Source of the DNA: a virus
Taxonomy: Duplodnaviria; Caudoviricetes
IMG/VR virus record: IMGVR_UViG_3300028797_000124
Location: 1-64,000 of that record
Direction: 5' to 3' (one strand)
Length of the DNA: 64,000 nucleotides
A model generated the notes under the pieces. That model worked only from the letters and a program-made list of their open reading frames with translations, had not been told where the DNA came from and did no database searches. Position 1 is the first letter of the stretch; the number at the start of each line of letters is the position of its first letter. Of this stretch, positions 21,001 through 28,964 are shown in pieces. Both the position numbers and the translations under genes were made by a program.

Positions 21001-22072
21001 TATTAGCATCCCAGAATGCAGCATCGTTGAGAACACAAAGTCTTCTTTCCTGAGGAAGCTCAGGAATATCAGTGTCGATCATGTCAACCTGATAGAAAGG
21101 CATCTTGGTTGTTGTATCAGTACCGTTGTAGATGTAGTTGCCGAATACCATATCGAAGATATTGATATTCATTGCCTTGTAAGCGTTAGATACGAATTCA
21201 TCAGGCTCAACGATATCAAGCATGTTCTTGTAGTGGTTCATGTAGATATCATAAAGCTCGCGAACTGCAGCATCGTTTACATAAGGAACTGTGATGGAAG
21301 AACCTTCAAGTCTCTTAGCAACAGCTGTATTTACAGAATCGATAGCATCAACTCTGTCCTTGTTATTTACATTCATAAGAGAAGCGAAAAATCTCTCAAC
21401 AACCTGATTGGTCCTTGTATCGATTGTATCGAACTCATAACGAACGTTGGCGGGACGCTTAGCCTGTGTTGTCATGTTGATGGCATTAGCCATGTAGTTG
21501 TAAGCCGATCCACGACCTGCAGCGATGAAGTTGATAAAGAGTCTCTGTGTCCAGACACCCTGAGAATCAGTCTCAGCATTATCAACCTTGAAGTACTTGA
21601 TGAGTGCTTCGTTTACACGAGCAGTGTTCTTGAATCTGTCACGCTGTATATCTTCAGGCCATTCTTTAACCTTGAAGCGAACGTGAAGCTTGTTGTCAGT
21701 GCCATCAATTCTCCACTGAACTACGAGTGAAGAAACAGCATAAGTAGCATCTTCCGGAGTAACACGCATAAAGCGTACAGGACCACCCTGGTTTATAAGA
21801 GAACCAGCGTATGTGACACCCTGGCCATAGCGCTTGATATCATCCGTTGAGAGATTCGCCATGCCGTAGGCAACACCGAGAACGTCACTTCTATTGATCG
21901 TAATCATCTTATTATCCGCACCCATAGGAGCGCCGGTAACAACGATAGATGCCAAGAGTGAAGGGTCTTCTGCGATCACTACAGGAAGAGGTCCAGTATA
22001 CTGTGAATTGTCCACAATATGAACCAGTGAGTGAGGCATCTTATACTTAAGACCATATCTTGTCTCAATCAT
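18026..22072 (-). CDS. Contractile tail sheath protein (1348 aa)
   Basis: N-terminal VRFMRVTPEDATYA; C-terminal sheath core LSGGSTG..FLFDAGY..LLQESNMRTL..YLLEYND..NVTFRGLILRVPIIVNV. Confidence 0.85.
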   Translation of the reverse strand: MIETRYGLKYKMPHSLVHIVDNSQYTGPLPVVIAEDPSLLASIVVTGAPMGADNKMITINRSDVLGVAYGMANLSTDDIKRYGQGVTYAGSLINQGGPVRFMRVTPEDATYAVSSLVVQWRIDGTDNKLHVRFKVKEWPEDIQRDRFKNTARVNEALIKYFKVDNAETDSQGVWTQRLFINFIAAGRGSAYNYMANAINMTTQAKRPANVRYEFDTIDTRTNQVVERFFASLMNVNNKDRVDAIDSVNTAVAKRLEGSSITVPYVNDAAVRELYDIYMNHYKNMLDIVEPDEFVSNAYKAMNINIFDMVFGNYIYNGTDTTTKMPFYQVDMIDTDIPELPQERRLCVLNDAAFWDANNPTVLYNKILESTYGVSRGGDTVHVGDLYLTTPSNNTTNPRISVVTAINQYTGNVTSMTIPRVFPLDKDSGYTELRTSVTGGGKASVVISTIVSDVKDATTANATSATVNKLVSQNTIVDNAVVAATRYDAVTGDPIQGFDMYTVEVESFTDEVTGQTIRSATLHYMDPKFFYQMLDRESHSGGILGTGNAMGFAWTSVTPDPPQEGFQPDAAWNRVGATVVVQETSGDPEVTLNKIYVNDYDRTSADNDDLTAHRILVTDAATHGIIGSVPTTVNLSDDLMGSQFDIQVYDNVSIDTWKVSGVEIDGSTTVGDIEVDGETNTYSYKVGDQFYVAIAANAKSQEGSVIEPYSANDPEKYTIQTGAETFISYYTVTTKENPFLTAAPDNWAVDYVNFYKYTEQKAIEPIVEWTQVTDDTDFDATAHYKQDDTGMYIKGTAGETFASTTWYDPTPSSAPAFAQDTYFTKKFSSAWAKNSSKYKDAPNTAACKTIVTVTDVNAETGQITGIAITKAGSYNNAVEAPIVNILRNASAETPIELKGVFIPNTQKGDSTTDPRIEGLQPTFKVTNFKVVDENSAPAQIKRYTITGSLGSLFKVQSDPTVIPANYYSATYGINPTTEVGGMKLSGGSTGFFDNTEISEIEFKWRYSALLVRAFKGEIDPRIQSPTRCPAKFLFDAGYNTIVGSTILPYLVYTPTDIINASIIFTEDEKEEILFHPDTVSNLKYEDIDVKQAMYDLMIYRVYQGIPEDKRPIGPGSGLSLHLDSGVTDANTAMLVNTSFAKRFDNPNASWDIGGWVDVETGMSYTFTKQIVDNLIRHCRQLSINKPYVGKYSAISADQYTSYFPDVDTTDWELRELLYNSGGNAWIMGQDGTLTRRSQRTLLRDADTSDLLQESNMRTLSQLTYLLQNKIDSYLLEYNDDAVIKTLSDECNNIFSNWVGNLVDALEITFVRDINIDGGDILICYCNVTFRGLILRVPIIVNVQRRESNS

Positions 22073-22163
22073 AGATAATTTCTCTCCTTTACTAAAATTT
22101 TTTAGTTGTTAATTGAATGGGATAATAAACTATGAGAATCGCATTCATAGTAAGTTGCCCACA

Positions 22164-22177
22164 ATTAATATTGAGTT
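22164..22177 (-). promoter_or_regulatory. Putative late promoter of sheath-tube operon
   Basis: AAC-TCAATAT-TAAT after a terminator, followed by an ACTATGA/TCATAGT hairpin. Confidence 0.45.
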
Positions 22178-22181
22178 GAGA

Positions 22182-22217
22182 AAAAAGATATTAGATGGGG
22201 GCCGAAGCCCCCACCGT
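22182..22217 (-). terminator. Intrinsic terminator
   Basis: Minus strand GTGGGGGC-TTCG-GCCCCCAT followed by a T-rich tract. Confidence 0.75.
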
Positions 22218-22218
22218 A

Positions 22219-23172
22219 TTAGTATCTTCTGATAATATCGTATGGAACCATTCCGTCACCGTATGCTTTATCAATGTCGCGGTTGACACTGATGTTGGTT
22301 GAATCAGGAAGAGATTGTCCGGGAAGATCAACCTCATTGTTATCCGCATCAACCATGGCAAATCGTGCCGATGAATCATCATCTCCATCGATGACTACTT
22401 TGAGAGTATATCCTGCAGCTTCATTACTTACAGCATCCCCAACAGTGAGACCATCAAGGAATGATGCTGCACTCTCAGGAGTTGCCTCGGTGCCAACAGT
22501 GGCTGGAATATTAGTAGATACAGGATCAGGAATGGTCATGCCAAAGATATTGTCCATGAACTCTCTGCCTGTTGAATATGGTGAAGCAGATGAAAGTCCA
22601 CCATCACCACCTCTACCAGATATACCACCACCAGATGCAGCAGCGGTTTGCTGTTTGATCTTGAGCTCAGCCTTTTTAGCCTGGATAGCAACCTGTTCTT
22701 TGACGGATGATATGAGAACATTTTTACCAGCCGTTAGAGCCTGCAGACCTTCGATATCCATTTCGTTCAAACCAAACTTTCCTTTCTCAGTAAGAGACTC
22801 CTTCAACTTGGCTTCGAAGAGACGAAGTATCTTAGCCTGATCAGCTCCGATAGTTCTGAGCTGTGTTGTTTCGGATGTAAACATACGCATTGGATCAAGC
22901 TTGGATTCTGCAGCAGCCATGAACATCTTCTCAAGATTATTCATTACCAATGGATTGCCGCCCCAACCGGTTCCCTCGTATGGAGAAACGTAACCGCTCA
23001 AAGCAACGTTTGCAGCTGTACGAATATCATCATACCTACGTTGCCATTCCCACTGATATGAACCGGGATCGGCGGGTGTTGGCTGCGGTTGTGACTGTGC
23101 AAGCATTTCATATGATTCATCAACAGTAGGAACTGTCGCATTGAATTGATTAAGTGCATCAACAAAACTCAT
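22219..23172 (-). CDS. Hypothetical protein
   Basis: 317-aa ORF with SD AAGGAGGT; central coiled-coil-like segment and Gly-rich linker. Confidence 0.75.
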   Translation of the reverse strand: MSFVDALNQFNATVPTVDESYEMLAQSQPQPTPADPGSYQWEWQRRYDDIRTAANVALSGYVSPYEGTGWGGNPLVMNNLEKMFMAAAESKLDPMRMFTSETTQLRTIGADQAKILRLFEAKLKESLTEKGKFGLNEMDIEGLQALTAGKNVLISSVKEQVAIQAKKAELKIKQQTAAASGGGISGRGGDGGLSSASPYSTGREFMDNIFGMTIPDPVSTNIPATVGTEATPESAASFLDGLTVGDAVSNEAAGYTLKVVIDGDDDSSARFAMVDADNNEVDLPGQSLPDSTNISVNRDIDKAYGDGMVPYDIIRRY

Positions 23173-23219
23173 GTGATTACACCTCCTTTGATTATTTTAT
23201 AAATCACGTTTGGTGTTTA

Positions 23220-23768
23220 TCACCATTTATCGGAATTCATCCAACACTGAAGACATTCCTCACATTTTATCATCTGGAGTTTTGCCGGATGGTATTGATG
23301 CATGTACATATGACATAGTCTGTCATGCCATTCATCATCGGTTTCCCAACGTTCATCATATTTGTCTTCATCAACTTTAATACGCATTTTAATTTTCGGA
23401 TTGAAGTTTATGAAATCATCATCCATGTGTTTGTCGGCAAATTGACGAATCCGTCTGAGGATTGTATCGTTTGTTTTCAAACATGCATGATTCTCATTTG
23501 TGATGAGTTCAAGAACACAACGATTACTCAATGAGAGTGTCTCCTGCATATGTGCCAATAGATCATACATGTTCGTATTCATCAAACGATCACGGTTATA
23601 TCTACCATGAGGCTCTTTTAATTTCTGAACATCGGTATGACGTTTGTGAGTGTATGGATATTCAAAATCAGAATACGACTTATGTTCATATCCATACTTC
23701 GTCAATCCATCTATGAATCGATCTCCAGAGATACCACCTTTACCATCTTCGGTAACGAACTTGGCCAT
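23220..23768 (-). CDS. Hypothetical protein with C-terminal CxxC
   Basis: 182-aa ORF ending CEECLQCW; SD AAAGGA. Confidence 0.7.
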   Translation of the reverse strand: MAKFVTEDGKGGISGDRFIDGLTKYGYEHKSYSDFEYPYTHKRHTDVQKLKEPHGRYNRDRLMNTNMYDLLAHMQETLSLSNRCVLELITNENHACLKTNDTILRRIRQFADKHMDDDFINFNPKIKMRIKVDEDKYDERWETDDEWHDRLCHMYMHQYHPAKLQMIKCEECLQCWMNSDKW

Positions 23769-23774
23769 GTATCA

Positions 23775-25292
23775 TCATCCTTTCTTCATGTTACCCTTGG
23801 TCAGTGCATACAAACCACCAAGGCATTCTATTTCGATTGAATACATGGTCGTACAGTCTGGTTTAATATTATAAATCTTACTGAGCATGAGTTCTTCAGC
23901 TTTAGCATTTGCTTCATCACTCCATACTCCAACACTCTTAACGGTATCTCCATCATAGTCACCGCCGATAACTTTCAAACGAGAATTGGAAGGCGTAAGA
24001 GTATCAGCAAACGATGTTGCAACTTTGTTGTGTGAAGCTTCCAAATCAATGATTGGATATGTGTCTAATACTTCACCATTGAATTGAATTTCCGTTGTGT
24101 TGTTCGTTGACAAGATATGTACCTTTGTAAAGAAAGCACCCATGTAGTCACCGATAGGATATCGCACTGTGTACACATGTCTATCAGCATCAACGATTGC
24201 AGACTTACATGCCAAATATACGACATCGGTCAGTGTGACAGGTCTTGTCACAGTTTCATTTTTCTTTACGTCAAGATACGTCATGTTGATTGGCTTTTCA
24301 CCCTTATCATCCAGATACATAATCTTGAAACGAGAACCAGGATTCTTCATGTATATCTCACACAGATCCTCGATCATTCTGTTATCGTACACATTAGCCA
24401 ACATTGCAGAATTGATCTCAGCTGGTTCATTATGAATCTGCTGGATGTTGGAATATGAGAAGAATTCTTTCATCTTGAATACTACCAACGGTTTGAACAA
24501 TGAACAACATGTGTGGAGTGGATAACCCGTTCTGAATATTCCTATCTTCGGATTCTCAGAATTGTATCTCGGAGCGGAGATAACGTTTCTTGCAGTATAC
24601 ATGGTATTCTTAGCCAAAAGATTCTTTTGGAAGAAACCATTCTTACCACCAACGTAGTTGGATACAAAAGTAAAGATGTTGATAACAGCATCTTGGAACT
24701 TTGCATATACCTGGTTGATGTTTGTAGTAGTATGAGCAGATACACTCTTCAAACCGAGTATACCCAAGTACAGGGTATTCAACTCGTTCTTTACAGTCTT
24801 ACCATTTCTCATACCTATCTGACGCATGTTTGGAGGAAGTACTAATACCTTATCATTGAACAACAGTCTCTTCGGACTCTTTGTCAACACATCGATATTC
24901 TCCTGGGAACGCGTGTTAAGTGTTTTGCGGATATCAATCTGCTCCCATATATTATACAGATCCTTCAATCCGCTATACTGACCTTCTGGATCAATTGTCA
25001 AAACGCCCTTTACAAGATTGCATCTGACTTCACCATATGCCATCTTCTTGATGACACCGCCTGAACGTTGGATAATGTTCTTTGCAACGTGGGGATTAAA
25101 AACATGCACAGGCAATTTGATGTATGCACATCTGTAGCTACGTTCGTCATTTGTTTGGCCGAAAATTTCTTCTGAGAATAATCCCTGAGGATTAAACATG
25201 TTCGAAGTTCTGTATATCTGTTGGGAAGTTACTTCCTTCAATCCGTTTGTTTTGATATCTCTATCGATATCATATAACTCTTGTATTCTCAT
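23775..25292 (-). CDS. Phage multisubunit RNA polymerase, beta' N-terminal/catalytic part (probably virion RNAP)
   Basis: QGLFSEEIFG, YIKLP, VLVLPPNMR, GKNGFFQKNLLAK..TARNVIS, VRYP, catalytic GGDYDGDTV. Lacks the Zn-binding cysteines after IFG. Start set behind SD AAAGGAG. Confidence 0.92.
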   Translation of the reverse strand: MRIQELYDIDRDIKTNGLKEVTSQQIYRTSNMFNPQGLFSEEIFGQTNDERSYRCAYIKLPVHVFNPHVAKNIIQRSGGVIKKMAYGEVRCNLVKGVLTIDPEGQYSGLKDLYNIWEQIDIRKTLNTRSQENIDVLTKSPKRLLFNDKVLVLPPNMRQIGMRNGKTVKNELNTLYLGILGLKSVSAHTTTNINQVYAKFQDAVINIFTFVSNYVGGKNGFFQKNLLAKNTMYTARNVISAPRYNSENPKIGIFRTGYPLHTCCSLFKPLVVFKMKEFFSYSNIQQIHNEPAEINSAMLANVYDNRMIEDLCEIYMKNPGSRFKIMYLDDKGEKPINMTYLDVKKNETVTRPVTLTDVVYLACKSAIVDADRHVYTVRYPIGDYMGAFFTKVHILSTNNTTEIQFNGEVLDTYPIIDLEASHNKVATSFADTLTPSNSRLKVIGGDYDGDTVKSVGVWSDEANAKAEELMLSKIYNIKPDCTTMYSIEIECLGGLYALTKGNMKKG

Positions 25293-25416
25293 AATCATTC
25301 TCCTTTCATGAGAGATTATCCTTTCGTTCCCTTCTATTATTACTATATTAAAACTGCCTCCGGCAGTATAATCATCTACATGCGAATTGAAATAAAAATA
25401 GAAAACTGAAACGCTT

Positions 25417-25530
25417 GTGGGCCCCGAAGGACCCACTCACGAAAACAGGAGGTTCCCTGATACCAATGGCGCTAAGTATCAGGACGAGATAAGACAGTGC
25501 AGTAGTAGGACTGACTTACCGATGAGTATT
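25417..25530 (-). ncRNA. Candidate structured RNA or leader ending in a UUCG hairpin
   Basis: Stems CCTGATAC/GTATCAGG, TAAGTCAGT/ACTGTCTTA and ACTCA/TGAGT, then GTGGGTCC-TTCG-GGGCCCAC, all in a non-coding gap. Confidence 0.4.
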
Positions 25531-25559
25531 TAACTCCGTCTATTTTAAAATTTCATATA

Positions 25560-25612
25560 TATATTATTAATATGATAAGAAAGCAATAATCTTTAAGCTT
25601 TCAAATCGGAAG
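25560..25612 (+). promoter_or_regulatory. Putative early promoter motif + hairpin + AATCGGAAG box
   Basis: TATATTATTAA at 25560-25570; GAAAGC/GCTTTC stem at 25579-25602. Confidence 0.7.
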
Positions 25613-25709
25613 AAAAAATTAATTAATTCGATTAAGTCCTGACCAGTCATCAGGCCGATTATCTATGCTACCTGGCATGGAAATCGATGGTCTTAAGGAG
25701 GCCACTATC

Positions 25710-26345
25710 ATGAAAGAAAATAATGAAAAATACACGAAATATGTGTACGTCACAGAGAGCGGAGATGTGGCATTGCTCTACGGAGAAATGCCTGATCCGG
25801 AAGACCGCATGACGGCTGAGGAAATGCGGTTTTATTTATATGATAAGCGGTTCCAAATCGACTGGAAAAAAGAGGAACCACTTAGTGAGGATGACGAGAA
25901 TGAGGTGTACTATACTATTCTCCCAGTTTTCTCCGAGGAGCTAACCCCGGAAGAAAATCTGGACATGATCTGGACTGCGTACAACTATGATTACATTAAT
26001 GGCTTGGAATTCCTCAGCTTCCACGAAGCTCAGCTTCGCCTCCTCCTCGGCGATGAAAACTTCGAGGACCTTGAATCCACCATTAAACATTATGAAGAAG
26101 ATATGCGTACATTCTATATTAGAGAAGAAATTGTGAAATGTGTCCATGCTGAAAAATGTACTAAAGAGGAATTCCTCTCCAATCTTAAGGAAACTTCTGA
26201 AGAGGAATATTTATCCGTAGACGGCGAGCTCTTCAGAAATGATGGTATTGACAATTACGGAAATCACAGATGGTCAAAGTATGAAGAGTCCCGCAATGAC
26301 TGGACTAATATGTGGGATGTTGAAGAAGAGGAGGCAATATCATGA
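25710..26345 (+). CDS. Hypothetical acidic protein
   Basis: Start MKENNE behind SD AAGGAGG; very Glu/Asp-rich. Confidence 0.75.
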   Translation: MKENNEKYTKYVYVTESGDVALLYGEMPDPEDRMTAEEMRFYLYDKRFQIDWKKEEPLSEDDENEVYYTILPVFSEELTPEENLDMIWTAYNYDYINGLEFLSFHEAQLRLLLGDENFEDLESTIKHYEEDMRTFYIREEIVKCVHAEKCTKEEFLSNLKETSEEEYLSVDGELFRNDGIDNYGNHRWSKYEESRNDWTNMWDVEEEEAIS

Positions 26346-26602
26346 ATAAAACATATAAAGTATATTCGGCATTCGCAGGATCCTTCATAGAGGTTTCTGC
26401 TGAAGAAATGAGTGATGAAGAATTCGAGGCTATCAAAAACAAAAAGGACACTCCCGAGTTTGTCCACATCATAGGCAGCGACGAGCTGCTGTATAACGAC
26501 TACACATGTTGGAATGGGTTTGATGGCACTTGCCAGTGTCTTAGCCATCCACGTAAGTCGTGGACTGCCTGGTCATTAAAAGATCAGGCTTGGATTGATT
26601 AA
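26342..26602 (+). CDS. Hypothetical protein
   Basis: 86-aa ORF with ATGA overlap and SD GAGGAGG. Confidence 0.7.
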   Translation: MNKTYKVYSAFAGSFIEVSAEEMSDEEFEAIKNKKDTPEFVHIIGSDELLYNDYTCWNGFDGTCQCLSHPRKSWTAWSLKDQAWID

Positions 26603-26606
26603 ATAA

Positions 26607-26632
26607 GGAACCCCTTCGGGGGTTCTTTTTTC
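26607..26632 (+). terminator. Intrinsic terminator
   Basis: GGAACCCC-TTCG-GGGGTTCT followed by a long T-rich tract. Confidence 0.9.
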
Positions 26633-26662
26633 TTCTCTTTTTCTTTTTTCTTTTAACACACA

Positions 26663-26673
26663 TATATCATTAA
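26663..26673 (+). promoter_or_regulatory. Variant early promoter motif upstream of gyrB
   Basis: TATATCATTAA, one mismatch to the five-copy motif. Confidence 0.5.
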
Positions 26674-26729
26674 TTTGCATGGAGAAGATATACTTCAAAG
26701 TGATAATAAAAATGTAGGAGGTTGTATAA

Positions 26730-28439
26730 ATGCCACAGTTTAAAGATGATAAGATGAATATTATCGAACGAGACATTGATAAGATTATTGCAAGACCGAT
26801 GCAGTATATATCAGCTCTCGGCGATTTAGGAGTCTTTCACATCTGTAAAGAAATAGTTGATAACGGCTGGGATGAATGTAGGAAGAAAGAGTCTCCGGCT
26901 GATAAGATCGAAGTCTTCATCAACGATAAAAAGATAATTGTCAGAGATAATGGTAGAGGAATTCCAACAGATACAATTCAGAAGGTATTCGAAACCATTC
27001 AGGCTGGTTCCAATATGGAAAGAGCTGGTGGATATACTGCAGGTGAGAATGGTGTTGGTACAACTTGTGCGGTTGCGATGGCATCAGAGCTCAAAGCTCA
27101 GACCATCAGACCGAGTGAGAAAAAGATACTAACGCTTGTGTATCAGAACGGCAGACTTGTTGACCGTAAGGAAGAAAAGTATACCGGCAAAGATCATGGT
27201 ATGGTTGTATCATTTTCACCTTCCAAGAAGCTGATGGGTACTGATAAGATTCCGATTGATATGTTGAAGACTTGGTTCAAGGATTTCGATTATACATTGC
27301 CTCGTGGAATCAAGATGGAGTATACCATTGGTCATGAAACATTCAAGGTTGAACATAAAACAATCGATGAGTTCTTCGATATAGATATCAAGAAAGAACA
27401 CCGATTCTGTTCACCACTCAGGTTCAAGTGTTCTGGTGGTTTGAAAGAGACTTATCGTGATAAAGAATATGACAGAACATTCGAGATCGATGCTGCTATC
27501 GTATATTCATCGGGTGATTATCGTGGTGAATTGATTGAGCATTCTTGGATGAATCATATTCATACAACTCAGAATGGATCTCATGTCAATGGTATCGTAA
27601 ATGGCTTTATCAAGTATATGACCGAGAAAGTTGTTGCGAAGAACAAGAAGCTTGCAGATGAGGATTTGAAGAAGGATATACTTGCACACTTCAACATCGT
27701 TGTCAAAGGTGAGTGTAATATGGCTCATATGTTCTCATCTCAGGCAAAGCATACTGTCAACTCTCAGCAGCTTGGAATCGCAATTCGCAATGCAGCATAT
27801 GAGAGTCTGAAGAATATGAGCCAGAGAGTAATCGATGATATGGTTGAAGTAATCATTGCAAACCACCGTGCTCGTATCGAAGGTGAGAAAGCGAGAGATA
27901 TCAACCGTTCAACGAAAGAGATCAAGACTTGGACAATTCCCGATTCGTTCATCCCATGTGCTAACGTCAAGACAGAACAGCCTAAGGAGTTATTCCTTGT
28001 TGAGGGTAACTCAGCTGGTGGCGGAATCCGAGGTGGAAGAAATGGTAAGTTCCAGGCAATACTCATGTTCAAGGGTAAGTCTTTGAATGTATGGGATAAT
28101 GATCTTGATCGTGTTCTCAAGAGTGAACCCTGGTTGAATCTGGTAAAGATACTTGGTTGTGGTATTGGTTCTGGATTCGATATCAAGAAACTCAAGTATG
28201 ATAAGATCATAATAGCAACCGATGCTGATGTTGATGGATATCACATCCGTGTTGGATTCATCACATTCTTCGTCAAGTATATGCCAGATATCATTCGTGC
28301 CGGCAAGCTGTATATTGCAGAACCCCCACTGTACAAACTGCAGCGTGGTAAGGATGTATCGTATGTTGCTACAAGACGCGAATACATGGATAGATGTATC
28401 GATTCACTCGGCGATTTGGAAATCTCATTTCCGGCATAA
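26730..28439 (+). CDS. gyrB: Type IIA topoisomerase B subunit, N-terminal part (GHKL ATPase, transducer, TOPRIM)
   Basis: EIVDNGWDE, VRDNGRGIP, GENGVG, ELFLVEGNSAGG, FKGKSLNV, IIIATDADVDGYHI, LYIAEPPLY. Stops before the RYKGLG tail. Confidence 0.92.
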   Translation: MPQFKDDKMNIIERDIDKIIARPMQYISALGDLGVFHICKEIVDNGWDECRKKESPADKIEVFINDKKIIVRDNGRGIPTDTIQKVFETIQAGSNMERAGGYTAGENGVGTTCAVAMASELKAQTIRPSEKKILTLVYQNGRLVDRKEEKYTGKDHGMVVSFSPSKKLMGTDKIPIDMLKTWFKDFDYTLPRGIKMEYTIGHETFKVEHKTIDEFFDIDIKKEHRFCSPLRFKCSGGLKETYRDKEYDRTFEIDAAIVYSSGDYRGELIEHSWMNHIHTTQNGSHVNGIVNGFIKYMTEKVVAKNKKLADEDLKKDILAHFNIVVKGECNMAHMFSSQAKHTVNSQQLGIAIRNAAYESLKNMSQRVIDDMVEVIIANHRARIEGEKARDINRSTKEIKTWTIPDSFIPCANVKTEQPKELFLVEGNSAGGGIRGGRNGKFQAILMFKGKSLNVWDNDLDRVLKSEPWLNLVKILGCGIGSGFDIKKLKYDKIIIATDADVDGYHIRVGFITFFVKYMPDIIRAGKLYIAEPPLYKLQRGKDVSYVATRREYMDRCIDSLGDLEISFPA

Positions 28440-28443
28440 TGAA

Positions 28444-28464
28444 GTGGGGGCCTTGCGCCCCCAT
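28444..28464 (+). terminator. GC-rich hairpin directly after gyrB N-part
   Basis: GTGGGGGC-CTTGC-GCCCCCAT. Confidence 0.6.
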
Positions 28465-28492
28465 ATAAATTTATTTGAAAGGATGATGTATA

Positions 28493-28909
28493 ATGAATAA
28501 AAGAATAATGAAAAAGAAGTTTAACAAATGGACCGCACACCATGATGATCAGACCGTAGATCTTGGATCAATGATATCTTGTGCTGCAGCAGCCAAAGGT
28601 ATTCAGCAAACAAAACCAAAGTTCGATGAATATGGTCGTGTTGAGTATTTTTACTACACCCAGGAATATGTCAAGTTTGCACAGTCGAGAAATGTAATGC
28701 GTGCTGTAAAATCATATGCAAAGAAGTATGTGTATCATACGGGCAAATGTGACAACATCAAAGATATGTATCGTTATATGTGCGAAGAAATTCATGCCAA
28801 TAGAGAATATCATAAACGAATCATTGAACAAATTACAGCAGAAGAAGTTCGTGAAACTTCAGAAGAATGGAACCAGCTGGAATCTGTTAGAACTGCATTT
28901 GGATTGTAA
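28493..28909 (+). CDS. Hypothetical protein inserted between the two gyrB halves
   Basis: 138-aa ORF with SD AAAGGA; no HNH, GIY-YIG or LAGLIDADG motif visible. Confidence 0.7.
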   Translation: MNKRIMKKKFNKWTAHHDDQTVDLGSMISCAAAAKGIQQTKPKFDEYGRVEYFYYTQEYVKFAQSRNVMRAVKSYAKKYVYHTGKCDNIKDMYRYMCEEIHANREYHKRIIEQITAEEVRETSEEWNQLESVRTAFGL

Positions 28910-28964
28910 TATAAATTCATAAAATGATGTTACTAATGAATACTGACTAATTTCGTAGGAGGTA

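Noticed and set aside
10161-22840. Longer antisense or alternate-frame ORFs (10161-10874, 16783-17445, 20930-21730, 22274-22840)
   Set aside because: They overlap well-supported genes almost entirely, lack SDs or motifs, and are explained by codon bias.
25293-25436. N-terminal extension of beta'-N given by the ORF track (similarly 9389-9448 for terL)
   Set aside because: The extensions run through hairpin/intergenic sequence, and strong SDs sit directly before the downstream ATGs.
25417-25540. tRNA or hammerhead ribozyme
   Set aside because: No T-loop/anticodon cloverleaf and no CUGAUGA..GAAA core; kept only as an unclassified RNA candidate.
28440-28964. Group I intron or homing endonuclease interrupting gyrB
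   Set aside because: No recognisable intron core or nuclease motif; the downstream half has its own strong SD and start. Not formally excluded without RT-PCR.
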